DNA from: the human T2T-CHM13v2.0 reference genome, Homo sapiens
Reading direction: 5' to 3'
DNA: 64,000 nt
Assembly (NCBI GenBank): GCA_009914755.4
Contig: CP086569.2
Span: 12,000,001-12,064,000 of the forward strand
Part shown: positions 44,235-59,367 of the stretch, piece after piece
Numbering within the stretch: the first letter of the stretch is position 1
How the letters are laid out: each line of letters starts with the position of its first letter
Translations under genes and position numbers: made by a program
The notes under the pieces: generated by a model
Seen by the model: only the letters and a program-made list of their open reading frames with translations
Told to the model about the DNA's origin: nothing
Database searches by the model: none

Positions 44235-45607
44235 ATGGACTTGAATGGAATTGAGTCGAAAGGAATTGACTCGAAAGGAATGGACTGGAACAAAAAGGAA
44301 TCAAATGGACAGGAATGGAATGGAATGGACTCGAATAGAATGGAGTCAAATGCAAACGCATCGAATGGAATGGATTCAAATGGAATGCAATTGAATGGAA
44401 TAGAAAGGAAGAGAATGGAATTGAGAGTAATGGAAAGATATCGATTGGAATGAAATGGAATGGAAAGGAATTGAATGGAAAGGAATGGACTCGAAAGAAA
44501 TGGATTGGAATGGAATGGTCTCCAATGGAATGGACTGGAGTGGAATGCAATCGAATGGAAAGAAAAGAATGGAACGGAAGGGAACGGAAAGGAATAGAAT
44601 GTTATGGAATCCGATTGAACAGAATGGAATGGAATGCAGTTTCATGAAATGGAGTCGAATAGAGTGGCATGAAAAGGAATGGAATGGAGTGGACTCAAAA
44701 GGAATGGACTCGAAAGGAATGGAGTCGAACCAAATTGAATCAAATGGATTGGAGTCGAACAGAATGGAATGGAATGGAATGAACTCGACTGGAGTAGAGA
44801 GGAATGAAAAGGAATAGAATGGAATGTAATCAAATGGATTGCAAGTGAATGGAATCAAAAATAATAGAAAGGAATGGAGTGTAAAGGGATGATATTGAAT
44901 TAAATGGAATGGAATGGAATTTAATGGAATGGAGTAGAAGGAATGGACAGGAATGTAATGGACTCCAATGGAATGGAATGGATCAAAATGTATTTGAGCA
45001 GATTGGAATGGAACGGAATGGAATGCAATGAAATGGAATGGACTCGATCAGAACGGACTGGAGAGGAATGTACACAAATGGAATGGAAACGAAAGGAATG
45101 GAATGAAATGGAATGGAATGCAATGGAATTGAAAGGAACGGAATCAAATGGAATGGAATGGAATGGAATGGATTGGAATAGAATGGATTCAAATAAAATA
45201 GAATCGATTGCAATGGTATTGAATGGAAGGGACTTGAATGGAATGGAAAGCAATGGAAGATATTGGAATCGAATGGCATCGAATGAAATGGAATGGAACG
45301 GAATGGAACGGACCCGAATGGAATGGAATGGACTCAAATGTAATGGACTCGAATGGAATCGACTGAAATATAATAGACTCGAAAGGAATGGCCTCGAGCG
45401 GAATTTATTTGAATAGAATGGAATCAAATGGAATACAATCGTATGGAATGGTATCGAATGGAATGGAATCGAATGGAATGTAATCAAATGGAATGGAACG
45501 GAATTCAATATAATGGAGTAGAATGGAATGCATTGGAAAGGAGCAGAGTGGAATCGAGTGGATTGGAATCGAGTGGAATGGAATCAAAGGGAACGAAATC
45601 GAATTGA
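44235..45607 (+). repeat. HOR copy 33, 1373 bp
   Basis: Anchor-to-anchor. Confidence 0.8.
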
Positions 45608-46985
45608 ATGGACTTGAATGGAATTGAGTCGAAAGGAATTGACTCGAAAGGAATGGACTGGAACAAAAAGGAATCAAATGGACAGGAATGGAATGGAATG
45701 GACTCGAATGGAATGGAGTCAAATGCAAACGCATCGAATGGAATGGATTCAAATGGAATGCAATTGAATGGAATAGAAAGGAAGAGAATGGAATTGAGAG
45801 TAATGGAAAGATATCGATTGGAATGAAATGGAATGGAAAGGAATTGAATGGAAAGGAATGGACTCGAAAGAAATGGATTGGAATGGAATGGTCTCCAATG
45901 GAATGGACTGGAGTGGAATGCAATCGAATGGAGAGAAAAGAATGGAACGGAATGGAACGGAAAGGAATAGAATGTTATGGAATCCGATTGAACAGAATGG
46001 AATGGAATGCAGTTTCATGAAATGGAGTCGAATAGAGTGGCATGAAAAGGAATGGAATGGAGTGGACTCAAAAGGAATGGACTCGAAAGGAATGGAGTCG
46101 AACCAAATTGAATCAAATAGATTGGAGTCGAACAGAATGGAATGGAATGGAATGAACTCGACTGGAGTAGAGAGGAATGAAAAGGAATAGAATGGAATGT
46201 AATCAAATGGATTGCAAGTGAATGGAATCAAAAATAATAGAAAGGAATGGAGTGTAAAGGGATGATATTGAATTAAATGGAATGGAATGGAATTTAATGG
46301 AATGGAGTAGAAGGAATGGACAGGAATGTAATGGACTCCAATGGAACGGAATGGATCAAAATGTATTTGAACAGATTGGAATCGAACGGAATGGAATGCA
46401 ATGAAATGGAATGGACTCGATCAGAACGGACTGGAGAGGAATGTACACAAATGGAATGGAAACGAAAGGAATGGAATGAAATGGAATGGAATGCAATGGA
46501 ATTGAAAGGAACGGAATCAAATGGAATGGAATGGAATGGAATGGAATGGATTGGAATAGAATGGATTCAAATAAAATAGAATCGATTGCAATGGTATTGA
46601 ATGGAAGGGACTTGAATGGAATGGAAAGCAATGGAAGATATTGGAATCGAATGGCATCGAATGAAATGGAATGGAACGGAATGGAACGGATCCGAATGGA
46701 ATGGAATGGACTCAAATATAATGGACTCTAATGGAATCGACTGAAGTATAATAGACTCGAAAGGAATGTCCTGAAGCGGAATTTATTTGAATAGAATGGA
46801 ATCAAATGGAATACAATCGTATGGAATGGAATCGAATGGAATGGAATCGAATGGAATGTAATCAAATGGAATGGAACGGAATTCAATATAATGGAGTAGA
46901 ATGGAATGCATTGGAAAGGAGCAGAGTGGAATCGAGTGGATTGGAATCGAGTGGAATGGAATCAAAGGGAACGAAATCGAATTGA
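45608..46985 (+). repeat. HOR copy 34, 1378 bp
   Basis: Anchor-to-anchor. GGACCCGAAT mutated to GGATCCGAAT near 46688. Confidence 0.8.
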
Positions 46986-48358
46986 ATGGATTTGAATGGA
47001 ATTGAGTCGAAAGGAATTGACTCGAAAGGAATGGACTGGAACAAAAAGGAATCAAATGGACAGGAATGGAATGGAAGGGACTCGAATGGAATGGAGTCAA
47101 ATGCAAACGAATCGAATGGAATGGATTCAAATGGAATGCAATTGAATGGAATAGAAAGGAAGAGAATGGAATTGAGAGTAATGGAAAGATATCGATTGGA
47201 ATGAAAGGGAATGGAAAGGAATTGAATGGAAAGGAATGGACTCGAAAGAAATGGATTGGAATGGAATGGTCTCCAATGGAATGGACTGGAGTGGAATGGA
47301 ATCGAATGGAAAGAAAAGAATGGAACGGAATGGAACGGAAAGGAATAGAATGTTATGGAATCCGATTGGACAGAATGCAATGGAATGCAGTTTCATGAAA
47401 TGGAGTCGAATAGAGTGGCATCAAAAGGAATGGAATGGAGTGGACTCAAAAGGAATGGACTCGAAAGGAATGGAGTCGAACCAAATTGAATCAAATGGAT
47501 TGGAGTCGAACAGAATGGAATGGAATGGAATGAACTCGACTGGAGTAGAGAGGAATGAAAAGGAATAGAATGGAATGTAATCAAATGGATTGCAAGTGAA
47601 TGGAATCAAAAATAATAGAAAGGAATGGAGTGTAAAGGGATGATATTGAATTAAATGGAATGGAATGGAATTTAATGGAATGGAGTCGAAGGAATGGACA
47701 GGAATGTAATGGACTCCAATGGAATGGAATGGATCAAAATGGATTTGAACAGATTGGAATGGAACGGAATGGAATGCAATGAAATGGAATGGACTCGATC
47801 AGAACGGACTGGAGAGGAATGTACACAAATGGAATGGAAACGAAAGGAATGGAATGAAATGGAATGGAATGCAATGGAATTGAAAGGAACGGAATCAAAT
47901 GGAATGGAATGGAATGGAATGGATTGGAATAGAATGGATTCAAATAAAATAGAATCGATTGCAATGGTATTGAATGGAAGGGACTTGAATGGAATGGAAA
48001 GCAATGGAAGATATTGGAATCGAATGGCATCGAATGAAATGGAATGGAACGGAATGGAACGGACCCGAATGGAATGGAATGGACTCAAATGTAATGGACT
48101 CGAATGGAATCGACTGAAATATAATAGACTCGAAAGGTATGGCCTCGAGCGGAATTTATTTGAATAGAATGGAATCAAATGGAATACAATAGTATAGTAT
48201 GGAATCGAATGGAATGGAATCGAATGGAATTTAATCAAATGGAATGGAACGGAATTCAATATAATGGAGTAGAATGGAATGCATTGGAAAGGAGCAGAGT
48301 GGAATCGAGTGGATTGGAATCGAGTGGAATGGAATCAAAGGGAACGAAATCGAATTGA
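46986..48358 (+). repeat. HOR copy 35, 1373 bp (type-B haplotype)
   Basis: Anchor-to-anchor. Type-B variants near 47205 and 47377. Confidence 0.8.
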
Positions 48359-49736
48359 ATGGACTTGAATGGAATTGAGTCGAAAGGAATTGACTCGAAA
48401 GGAATGGACTGGAACAAAAAGGAATCAAATGGACAGGAATGGAATGGAAGGGACTCGAATGGAATGGAGTCAAATGCAAACGCATCGAATGGAATGGATT
48501 CAAATGGAATGCAATTGAATGGAATAGAAAGGAAGAGAATGGAATTGAGAGTAATGGAAAGATATCGATTGGAATGAAATGGAATGGAAAGGAATTGAAT
48601 GGAAAGGAATGGACTCGAAAGAAATGGATTGGAATGGAATGGTCTCCAATGGAATGGACTGGAGTGGAATGCAATCGAATGGAAAGAAAAGAATGGAACG
48701 GAATGGAATGGAAAGGAATAGAATGTTATGGATTCCGATTGAACAGAATGGAATGGAATGCAGTTTCATGAAATGGAGTCGAATAGAGTGGCATGAAAAG
48801 GAATGGAATGGAGTGGACTCAAAAGGAATGGACTCGAAAGGAATGGAGTCGAACCAAATTGAATCAAATGGATTGGAGTCGAACAGAATGGAATGGAATG
48901 GAATGAACTCGACTGGAGTAGAGAGGAATGAAAAGGAATAGAATGGAATGTAATCAAATGGATTGCAAGTGAATGGAATCAAAAATAATAGAAAGGAATG
49001 GAGTGTAAAGGGATGATATTGAATTAAATGGAATGGAATGGAATTTAATGGAATGGAGTCGAAGGAATGGACAGGAATGTAATGGACTCCAATGGAATGG
49101 AATGGATCAAAATGGATTTGAACAGATTGGAATCGAACGGAATGGAATGCAATGAAATGGAATGGACTCGATTAGAACGGACTGGAGAGGAATGTACACA
49201 AATGGAATGGAAACGAAAGGAATGGAATGAAATGGAATGGAATGCAATGGAATTGAAAGGAACGGAATCAAATGGAATGGAATGGAATGGAATGGAATGG
49301 ATTGGAATAGAATGGATTCAAATAAAATAGAATCGATTGCAATGGTATTGAATGGAAGGGACTTGAATGGAATGGAAAGCAATGGAAGATATTGGAATCG
49401 AATGGCATCGAATGAAATGGAATGGAACGGAATGGAACGGACCCGAATGGAATGGAATGGACTCAAATATAATGGACTCTAATGGAATCGACTGAAGTAT
49501 AATAGACTCGAAAGGAATGTCCTGAAGCGGAATTTATTTGAATAGAATGGAATCAAATGGAATACAATCGTATGGAATGGAATCGAATGGAATGGAATCG
49601 AATGGAATGTAATCAAATGGAATGGAACGGAATTCAATATAATGGAGTAGAATGGAATGCATTGGAAAGGAGCAGAGTGGAATCGAGTGGATTGGAATCG
49701 AGTGGAATGGAATCAAAGGGAACGAAATCGAATTGA
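48359..49736 (+). repeat. HOR copy 36, 1378 bp
   Basis: Anchor-to-anchor. Confidence 0.8.
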
Positions 49737-51109
49737 ATGGATTTGAATGGAATTGAGTCGAAAGGAATTGACTCGAAAGGAATGGACTGGAACAAAAAGG
49801 AATCAAATGGACAGGAATGGAATGGAAGGGACTCGAATGGAATGGAGTCAAATGCAAACGCATCGAATGGAATGGATTCAAATGGAATGCAATTGAATGG
49901 AATAGAAAGGAAGAGAATGGAATTGAGAGTAATGGAAAGATATCGATTGGAATGAAAGGGAATGGAAAGGAATTGAATGGAAAGGAATGGACTCGAAAGA
50001 AATGGATTGGAATGCAATGGTCTCCAATGCAATGGACTGGAGTGGAATGGAATCGAATGGAAAGAAAAGAATGGAACGGAATGGAACGGAAAGGAATAGA
50101 ATGTTATGGAATCCGATTGGACAGAATGCAATGGAATGCAGTTTCATGAAATGGAGTCGAATAGAGTGGCATCAAAAGGAATGGAATGGAGTGGACTCAA
50201 AAGGAATGGACTCGAAAGGAATGGAGTCGAACCAAATTGAATCAAATGGATTGGAGTCGAACAGAATGGAATGGAATGGAATGAACTCGACTGGAGTAGA
50301 GAGGAATGAAAAGGAATAGAATGGAATGTAATCAAATGGATTGCAAGTGAATGGAATCAAAAATAATAGAAAGGAATGGAGTGCAAAGGGATGATATTGA
50401 ATTAAATGGAATGGAATGGAATTTAATGGAATGGAGTCGAAGGAATGGACAGGAATGTAATGGACTCCAATGGAATGGAATGGATCAAAATGGATTTGAA
50501 CAGATTGGAATCGAACGGAATGGAATGCAATGAAATGGAATGGACTCGATCAGAACGGACTGGAGAGGAATGTACACAAATGGAATGGAAACGAAAGGAA
50601 TGGAATGAAATGGAATGGAATGCAATGGAATTGAAAGGAACGGAATCAAATGGAATGGAATGGAATGGAATGGATTGGAATAGAATGGATTCAAATAAAA
50701 TAGAATCGATTGCAATGGTATTGAATGGAAGGGACTTGAATGGAATGGAAAGCAATGGAAGATATTGGAATCGAATGGCATCGAATGAAATGGAATGGAA
50801 CGGAATGGAACGGACCCGAATGGAATGGAATGGACTCAAATGTAATGGACTCGAATGGAATCGACTGAAATATAATAGACTCGAAAGGAATGGCCTCGAG
50901 CGGAATTTATTTGAATAGAATGGAATAAAATGGAGTACAATCGTATGGAATGGAATCGATTGGAATGGAATCGAATGGAATGTAATCAAATGGAATGGAA
51001 CGGAATTCAATATAATGGAGTAGAATGGAATGCATTGGAAAGGAGCAGAGTGGAATCGAGTGGATTGGAATCGAGTGGAATGGAATCAAAGGGAACGAAA
51101 TCGAATTGA
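49737..51109 (+). repeat. HOR copy 37, 1373 bp (type-B haplotype)
   Basis: Anchor-to-anchor. Type-B variants near 49943 and 50117. Confidence 0.8.
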
Positions 51110-52487
51110 ATGGACTTGAATGGAATTGAGTCGAAAGGAATTGACTCGAAAGGAATGGACTGGAACAAAAAGGAATCAAATGGACAGGAATGGAATGGAA
51201 TGGACTCGAATGGAATGGAGTCAAATGCAAACGCATCGAATGGAATGGATTCAAATGGAATGCAATTGAATGGAATAGAAAGGAAGAGAATGGAATTGAG
51301 AGTAATGGAAAGATATCGATTGGAATGAAATGGAATGGAAAGGAATTGAATGGAAAGGAATGGACTCGAAAGAAATGGATTGGAATGGAATGGTCTCCAA
51401 TGGAATGGACTGGAGTGGAATGCAATCGAATGGAAAGAAAAGAATGGAACGGAATGGAACGGAAAGGAATAGAATGTTATGGAATCCGATTGAACAGAAT
51501 GGAATGGAATGCAGTTTCATGAAATGGAGTCGAATATAGTGGCATCAAAAGGAATGGAATGGAATGGACTCAAAAGGAATGGACTCGAAAGGAATGGAGT
51601 CGAACCAAATTGAATCAAATGGATTGGAGTCGAACAGAATGGAATGGAATGGAATGAACTCGACTGGAGTAGAGAGGAATGAAAAGGAATAGAATGGAAT
51701 GTAATCAAATGGATTGCAAGTGAATGGAATCAAAAATAATAGAAAGGAATGGAGTGTAAAGGGATGATATTGAATTAAATGGAATGGAATGGAATTTAAT
51801 GGAATGGAGTCGAAGGAATGGACAGGAATGTAATGGACTCCAATGGAATGGAATGGATCAAAATGGATTTGAACAGATTGGAATCGAACGGAATGGAATG
51901 CAATGAAATGGAATGGACTCGATCAGAACGGACTGGAGAGGAATGTACACAAATGGAATGGAAACGAAAGGAATGGAATGAAATGGAATGGAATGCAATG
52001 GAATTGAAAGGAACGGAATCAAATGGAATGGAATGGAATGGAATGGAATGGATTGGAATAGAATGGATTCAAATAAAATAGAATCGATTGCAATGGTATT
52101 GAATGGAAGGGACTTGAATGGAATGGAAAGCAATGGAAGATATTGGAATCGAATGGCATCGAATGAAATGGAATGGAACGGAATGGAACGGACCCGAATG
52201 GAATGGAATGGACTCAAATGTAATGGATTCGAATGGAATCGACTGAAATATAATAGACTCGAAAGGAATGGCCTCGAGCGGAATTTATTTGAATAGAATG
52301 GAATCAAATGGAATACAATCGTATAGAATGGAATCGAATGGAATGGAATCGAATGGAATGTAATCAAATGGAATGGAACGGAATTCAATATAATGGAGTA
52401 GAATGGAATGCATTGGAAAGGAGCAGAGTGGAATCGAGTGGATTGGAATCGAGTGGAATGGAATCAAAGGGAACGAAATCGAATTGA
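51110..52487 (+). repeat. HOR copy 38, 1378 bp
   Basis: Anchor-to-anchor. Confidence 0.8.
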
Positions 52488-53865
52488 ATGGACTTGAATG
52501 GAATTGAGTCGAAAGGAATTGACTCGAAAGGAATGGACTGGAACAAAAAGGAATCAAATGGACAGGAATGGAATGGAATGGACTCGAATGGAATGGAGTC
52601 AAATGCAAACGCATCGAATGGAATGGATTCAAATGGAATGCAATTGAATGGAATAGAAAGGAAGAGAATGGAATTGAGAGTAATGGAAAGATATCGATTG
52701 GAATGAAATGGAATGGAAAGGAATTGAATGGAAAGGAATGGACTCGAAAGAAATGGATTGGAATGGAATGGTCTCCAATGGAATGGACTGGAGTGGAATG
52801 CAATCGAATGGAAAGAAAAGAATGGAACGGAATGGAATGGAAAGGAATAGAATGTTATGGATTCCGATTGAACAGAATGGAATGGAATGCAGTTTCATGA
52901 AATGGAGTCGAATAGAGTGGCATGAAAAGGAATGGAATGGAGTGGACTCAAAAGGAATGGACTCGAAAGGAATGGAGTCGAACCAAATTGAATCAAATGG
53001 ATTGGAGTCGAACAGAATGGAATGGAATGGAATGAACTCGACTGGAGTAGAGAGGAATGAAAAGGAATAGAATGGAATGTAATCAAATGGATTGCAAGTG
53101 AATGGAATCAAAAATAATAGAAAGGAATGGAGTGTAAAGGGATGATATTGAATTAAATGGAATGGAATGGAATTTAATGGAATGGAGTCGAAGGAATGGA
53201 CAGGAATGTAATGGACTCCAATGGAATGGAATGGATCAAAATGGATTTGAACAGATTGGAATCGAACGGAATGGAATGCAATGAAATGGAATGGACTCGA
53301 TCAGAACGGACTGGAGAGGAATGTACACAAATGGAATGGAAACGAAAGGAATGGAATGAAATGGAATGGAATGCAATGGAATTGAAAGGAACGGAATCAA
53401 ATGGAATGGAATGGAATGGAATGGAATGGATTGGAATAGAATGGATTCAAATAAAATAGAATCGATTGCAATGGTATTGAATGGAAGGGACTTGAATGGA
53501 ATGGAAAGCAATGGAAGATATAGGAATCGAATGGCATCGAATGAAATGGAATGGAAAGGAATGGAACGGACCCGAATGGAATGGAATGGACTCAAATATA
53601 ATGGACTCTAATGGAATCGACTGAAGTATAATAGACTCGAAAGGAATGTCCTGAAGCGGAATTTATTTGAATAGAATGGAATCAAATGGAATACAATCGT
53701 ATGGAATGGAATCGAATGGAATGGAATCGAATGGAATGTAATCAAATGGAATGGAACGGAATTCAATATAATGGAGTAGAATGGAATGCATTGGAAAGGA
53801 GCAGAGTGGAATCGAGTGGATTGGAATCGAGTGGAATGGAATCAAAGGGAACGAAATCGAATTGA
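52488..53865 (+). repeat. HOR copy 39, 1378 bp
   Basis: Anchor-to-anchor. Confidence 0.8.
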
Positions 53866-55243
53866 ATGGATTTGAATGGAATTGAGTCGAAAGGAATTGA
53901 CTCGAAAGGAATGGACTGGAACAAAAAGGAATCAAATGGACAGGAATGGAATGGAATGGACTCGAATGGAATGGAGTCAAATGCAAACGCATCGAATGGA
54001 ATGGATTCAAATGGAATACAATTGAATGGAATAGAAAGGAAGAGAATGGAATTGAGAGTAATGGAAAGATATCGATTGGAATGAAAGGGAATGGAAAGGA
54101 ATTGAATGGAAAGGAATGGACTCGAAAGAAATGGATTGGAATGGAATGGTCTCCAATGGAATGGACTGGAGTGGAATGGAATCGAATGGAAAGAAAAGAA
54201 TGGAACGGAATGGAACGGAAAGGAATAGAATGTTATGGAATCCGATTGGACAGAATGCAATGGAATGCAGTTTCATGAAATGGAGTCGAATAGAGTGGCA
54301 TCAAAAGGAATGGAATGGAGTGGACTCAAAAGGAATGGACTCGAAAGGAATGGAGTCGAACCAAATTGAATCAAATGGATTGGAGTCGAACAGAATGGAA
54401 TGGAATGGAATGAACTCGACTGGAGTAGAGAGGAATGAAAAGGAATAGAATGGAATGTAATCAAATGGATTGTAAGTGAATGGAATCAAAAATAATAGAA
54501 AGGAATGGAGTGTAAAGGGATGATATTGAATTAAATGGAATGGAATGGAATTTAATGGAATGGAGTAGAAGGAATGGACAGGAATGTAATGGACTCCAAT
54601 GGAACGGAATGGATCAAAATGTATTTGAACAGATTGGAATCGAACGGAATGGAATGCAATGAAATGGAATGGACTCGATCAGAACGGACTGGAGAGGAAT
54701 GTACACAAATGGAATGGAAACGAAAGGAATGGAATGAAATGGAATGGAATGCAATGGAATTGAAAGGAACGGAATCAAATGGAATGGAATGGAATGGAAT
54801 GGAATGGATTGGAATAGAATGGATTCAAATAAAATAGAATCGATTGCAATGGTATTGAATGGAAGGGACTTGAATGGAATGGAAAGCAATGGAAGATATT
54901 GGAATCGAATGGCATCGAATGAAATGGAATGGAACGGAATGGAACGGACCCGAATGGAATGGAATGGACTCAAATATAATGGACTCTAATGGAATCGACT
55001 GAAGTATAATAGACTCGAAAGGAATGTCCTGAAGCGGAATTTATTTGAATAGAATGGAATCAAATGGAATACAATCGTATGGAATGGAATCGAATGGAAT
55101 GGAATCGAATGGAATGTAATCAAATGGAATGGAACGGAATTCAATATAATGGAGTAGAATGGAATGCATTGGAAAGGAGCAGAGTGGAATCGAGTGGATT
55201 GGAATCGAGTGGAATGGAATCAAAGGGAACGAAATCGAATTGA
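53866..55243 (+). repeat. HOR copy 40, 1378 bp (type-B haplotype)
   Basis: Anchor-to-anchor. Type-B variants near 54078 and 54247. Confidence 0.8.
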
Positions 55244-56616
55244 ATGGATTTGAATGGAATTGAGTCGAAAGGAATTGACTCGAAAGGAATGGACTGGAAC
55301 AAAAAGGAATCAAATGGACAGGAATGGAATGGAAGGGACTCGAATGGAATGGAGTCAAATGCAAACGCATCGAATGGAATGGATTCAAATGGAATGCAAT
55401 TGAATGGAATAGAAAGGAAGAGAATGGAATTGAGAGTAATGGAAAGATATCGATTGGAATGAAAGGGAATGGAAAGGAATTGAATGGAAAGGAATGGACT
55501 TGAAAGAAATGGATTGGAATGGAATGGTCTCCAATGGAATGGACTGGAGTGGAATGGAATCGAATGGAAAGAAAAGAATGGAACGGAATGGAACGGAAAG
55601 GAATAGAATGTTATGGAATCCGATTGGACAGAATGCAATGGAATGCAGTTTCATGAAATGGAGTCGAATAGAGTGGCATCAAAAGGAATGGAATGGAGTG
55701 GACTCAAAAGGAATGGACTCGAAAGGAATGGAGTCGAACCAAATTGAATCAAATGGATTGGAGTCGAACAGAATGGAATGGAATGGAATGAACTCGACTG
55801 GAGTAGAGAGGAATGAAAAGGAATAGAATGGAATGTAATCAAATGGATTGCAAGTGAATGGAATCAAAAATAATAGAAAGGAATGGAGTGTAAAGGGATG
55901 ATATTGAATTAAATGGAATGGAATGGAATTTAATGGAATGGAGTCGAAGGAATGGACAGGAATGTAATGGACTCCAATGGAATGGAATGGATCAAAATGG
56001 ATTTGAACAGATTGGAATCGAACGGAATGGAATGCAATGAAATGGAATGGACTCGATCAGAACGGACTGGAGAGGAATGTACACAAATGGAATGGAAACG
56101 AAAGGAATGGAATGAAATGGAATGGAATGCAATGGAATTGAAAGGAACGGAATCAAATGGAATGGAATGGAATGGAATGGATTGGAATAGAATGGATTCA
56201 AATAAAATAGAATCGATTGCAATGGTATTGAATGGAAGGGACTTGAATGGAATGGAAAGCAATGGAAGATATTGGAATCGAATGGCATCGAATGAAATGG
56301 AATGGAACGGAATGGAACGGACCCGAATGGAATGGAATGGACTCAAATGTAATGGACTCGAATGGAATCGACTGAAATATAATAGACTCGAAAGGAATGG
56401 CCTCGAGCGGAATTTATTTGAATAGAATGGAATAAAATGGAGTACAATCGTATGGAATGGAATCGATTGGAATGGAATCGAATGGAATGTAATCAAATGG
56501 AATGGAACGGAATTCAATATAATGGAGTAGAATGGAATGCATTGGAAAGGAGCAGAGTGGAATCGAGTGGATTGGAATCGAGTGGAATGGAATCAAAGGG
56601 AACGAAATCGAATTGA
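55244..56616 (+). repeat. HOR copy 41, 1373 bp (type-B haplotype)
   Basis: Anchor-to-anchor. Type-B variants near 55455 and 55632. Confidence 0.8.
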
Positions 56617-57989
56617 ATGGACTTGAATGGAATTGAGTCGAAAGGAATTGACTCGAAAGGAATGGACTGGAACAAAAAGGAATCAAATGGACAGGAATGG
56701 AATGGAATGGACTCGAATGGAATGGAGTCAAATGCAAACGCATCGAATGGAATGGATTCAAATGGAATGCAATTGAATGGAATAGAAAGGAAGAGAATGG
56801 AATTGAGAGTAATGGAAAGATATCGATTGGAATGAAATGGAATGGAAAGGAATTGAATGGAAAGGAATGGACTCGAAAGAAATGGATTGGAATGGAATGG
56901 TCTCCAATGGAATGGACTGGAGTGGAATGCAATCGAATGGAAAGAAAAGAATGGAACGGAATGGAACGGAAAGGAATAGAATGTTATGGAATCCGATTGG
57001 ACAGAATGGAATGGAATGCAGTTTCATGAAATGGAGTCGAATAGAGTGGCATCAAAAGGAATGGAATGGAGTGGACTCAAAAGGAATGGACTCGAAAGGA
57101 ATGGAGTCGAACCAAATTGAATCAAATGGATTGGAGTCGAACAGAATGGAATGGAATGGAATGAACTCGACTGGAGTAGAGAGGAATGAAAAGGAATAGA
57201 ATGGAATGTAATCAAATGGATTGCAAGTGAATGGAATCAAAAATAATAGAAAGGAATGGAGTGTAAAGGGATGATATTGAATTAAATGGAATGGAATGGA
57301 ATTTAATGGAATGGAGTCGAAGGAATGGACAGGAATGTAATGGACTCCAATGGAATGGAATGGATCAAAATGGATTTGAACAGATTGGAATCGAACGGAA
57401 TGGAATGCAATGAAATGGAATGGACTCGATCAGAACGGACTGGAGAGGAATGTACACAAATGGAATGGAAACGAAAGGAATGGAATGAAATGGAATGGAA
57501 TGCAATGGAATTGAAAGGAACGGAATCAAATGGAATGGAATGGAATGGAATGGATTGGAATAGAATGGATTCAAATAAAATAGAATCGATTGCAATGGTA
57601 TTGAATGGAAGGGACTTGAATGGAATGGAAAGCAATGGAAGATATTGGAATCGAATGGCATCGAATGAAATGGAATGGAACGGAATGGAACGGACCCGAA
57701 TGGAATGGAATGCACTCAAATGTAATGGACTCGAATGGAATCGACTGAAATATAATAGACTCGAAAGGAATGGCCTCGAGCGGAATTTATTTGAATAGAA
57801 TGGAATCAAATGGAATTCAATGGTATAGAATGCAATCGAATGGAATGGAAACGAACGGAATGTAATCAAATGGAATGGAACGGAATTCAATATAATGGAG
57901 TAGAATGGAATGCATTGGAAAGGAGCAGAGTGGAATCGAGTGGATTGGAATCGAGTGGAATGGAATCAAAGGGAACGAAATCGAATTGA
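56617..57989 (+). repeat. HOR copy 42, 1373 bp
   Basis: Anchor-to-anchor. Confidence 0.8.
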
Positions 57990-59367
57990 ATGGACTTGAG
58001 TGGAATTGAGTCGAAAGGAATTGACTCGAAAGGAATGGACTGGAACAAAAAGGAATCAAATGGACAGGAATGGAATGCAATGGACTCGAATGGAATGGAG
58101 TCAAATGCAAACGCATCGAATGGAATGGATTCAAATGGAATGCAATTGAATGGAATAGAAAGGAAGAGAATGGAATTGAGAGTAATGGAAAGATATCGAT
58201 TGGATTGAAATGGAATGGAAAGGAATTGAATGGAAAGGAATGGACTCGAAAGAAATGGATTGGAATGGAATGGTCTCCAATGGAATGGACTGGAGTGGAA
58301 TGCAATCGAATGGAAAGAAAAGAATGGAACGGAATGGAACGGAAAGGAATAGAATGTTATGGAATCCGATTGAACAGAATGGAATGGAATGCAGTTTCAT
58401 GAAATGGAGTCGAATATAGTGGCATCAAAAGGAATGGAATGGAGTGGACTCAAAAGGAATGGACTCGAAAGGAATGGAGTCGAACCAAATTGAATCAAAT
58501 GGATTGGAGTCGAACAGAATGGAATGGAATGGAATGAACTCGACTGGAGTAGAGAGGAATGAAAAGGAATAGAATGGAATGTAATCAAATGGATTGCAAG
58601 TGAATGGAATCAAAAATAATAGAAAGGAATGGAGTGTAAAGGGATGATATTGAATTAAATGGAATGGAATGGAATTTAATGGAATGGAGTCGAAGGAATG
58701 GACAGGAATGTAATGGACTCCAATGGAATGGAATGGATCAAAATGGATTTGAACAGATTGGAATCGAACGGAATGGAATGCAATGAAATGGAATGGACTC
58801 GATCAGAACGGACTGGAGAGGAATGTACACAAATGGAATGGAAACGAAAGGAATGGAATGAAATGGAATGGAATGCAATGGAATTGAAAGGAACGGAATC
58901 AAATGGAATGGAATGGAATGGAATGGAATGGATTGGAATAGAATGGATTCAAATAAAATAGAATCGATTGCAATGGTATTGAATGGAAGGGACTTGAATG
59001 GAATGGAAAGCAATGGAAGATATTGGAATCGAATGGCATCGAATGAAATGGAATGGAACGGAATGGAACGGACCCGAATGGAATGGAATGGACTCAAATG
59101 TAATGGATTCGAATGGAATCGACTGAAATATAATAGACTCGAAAGGAATGGCCTCGAGCGGAATTTATTTGAATAGAATGGAATCAAATGGAATACAATA
59201 GTATAGAATGGAATCGAATGGAATGGAATCGAATGGAATGTAATCAAATGGAATGGAACGGAATTCAATATAATGGAGTAGAATGGAATGCATTGGAAAG
59301 GAGCAGAGTGGAATCGAGTGGATTGGAATCGAGTGGAATGGAATCAAAGGGAACGAAATCGAATTGA
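57990..59367 (+). repeat. HOR copy 43, 1378 bp
   Basis: Anchor-to-anchor. Confidence 0.8.
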
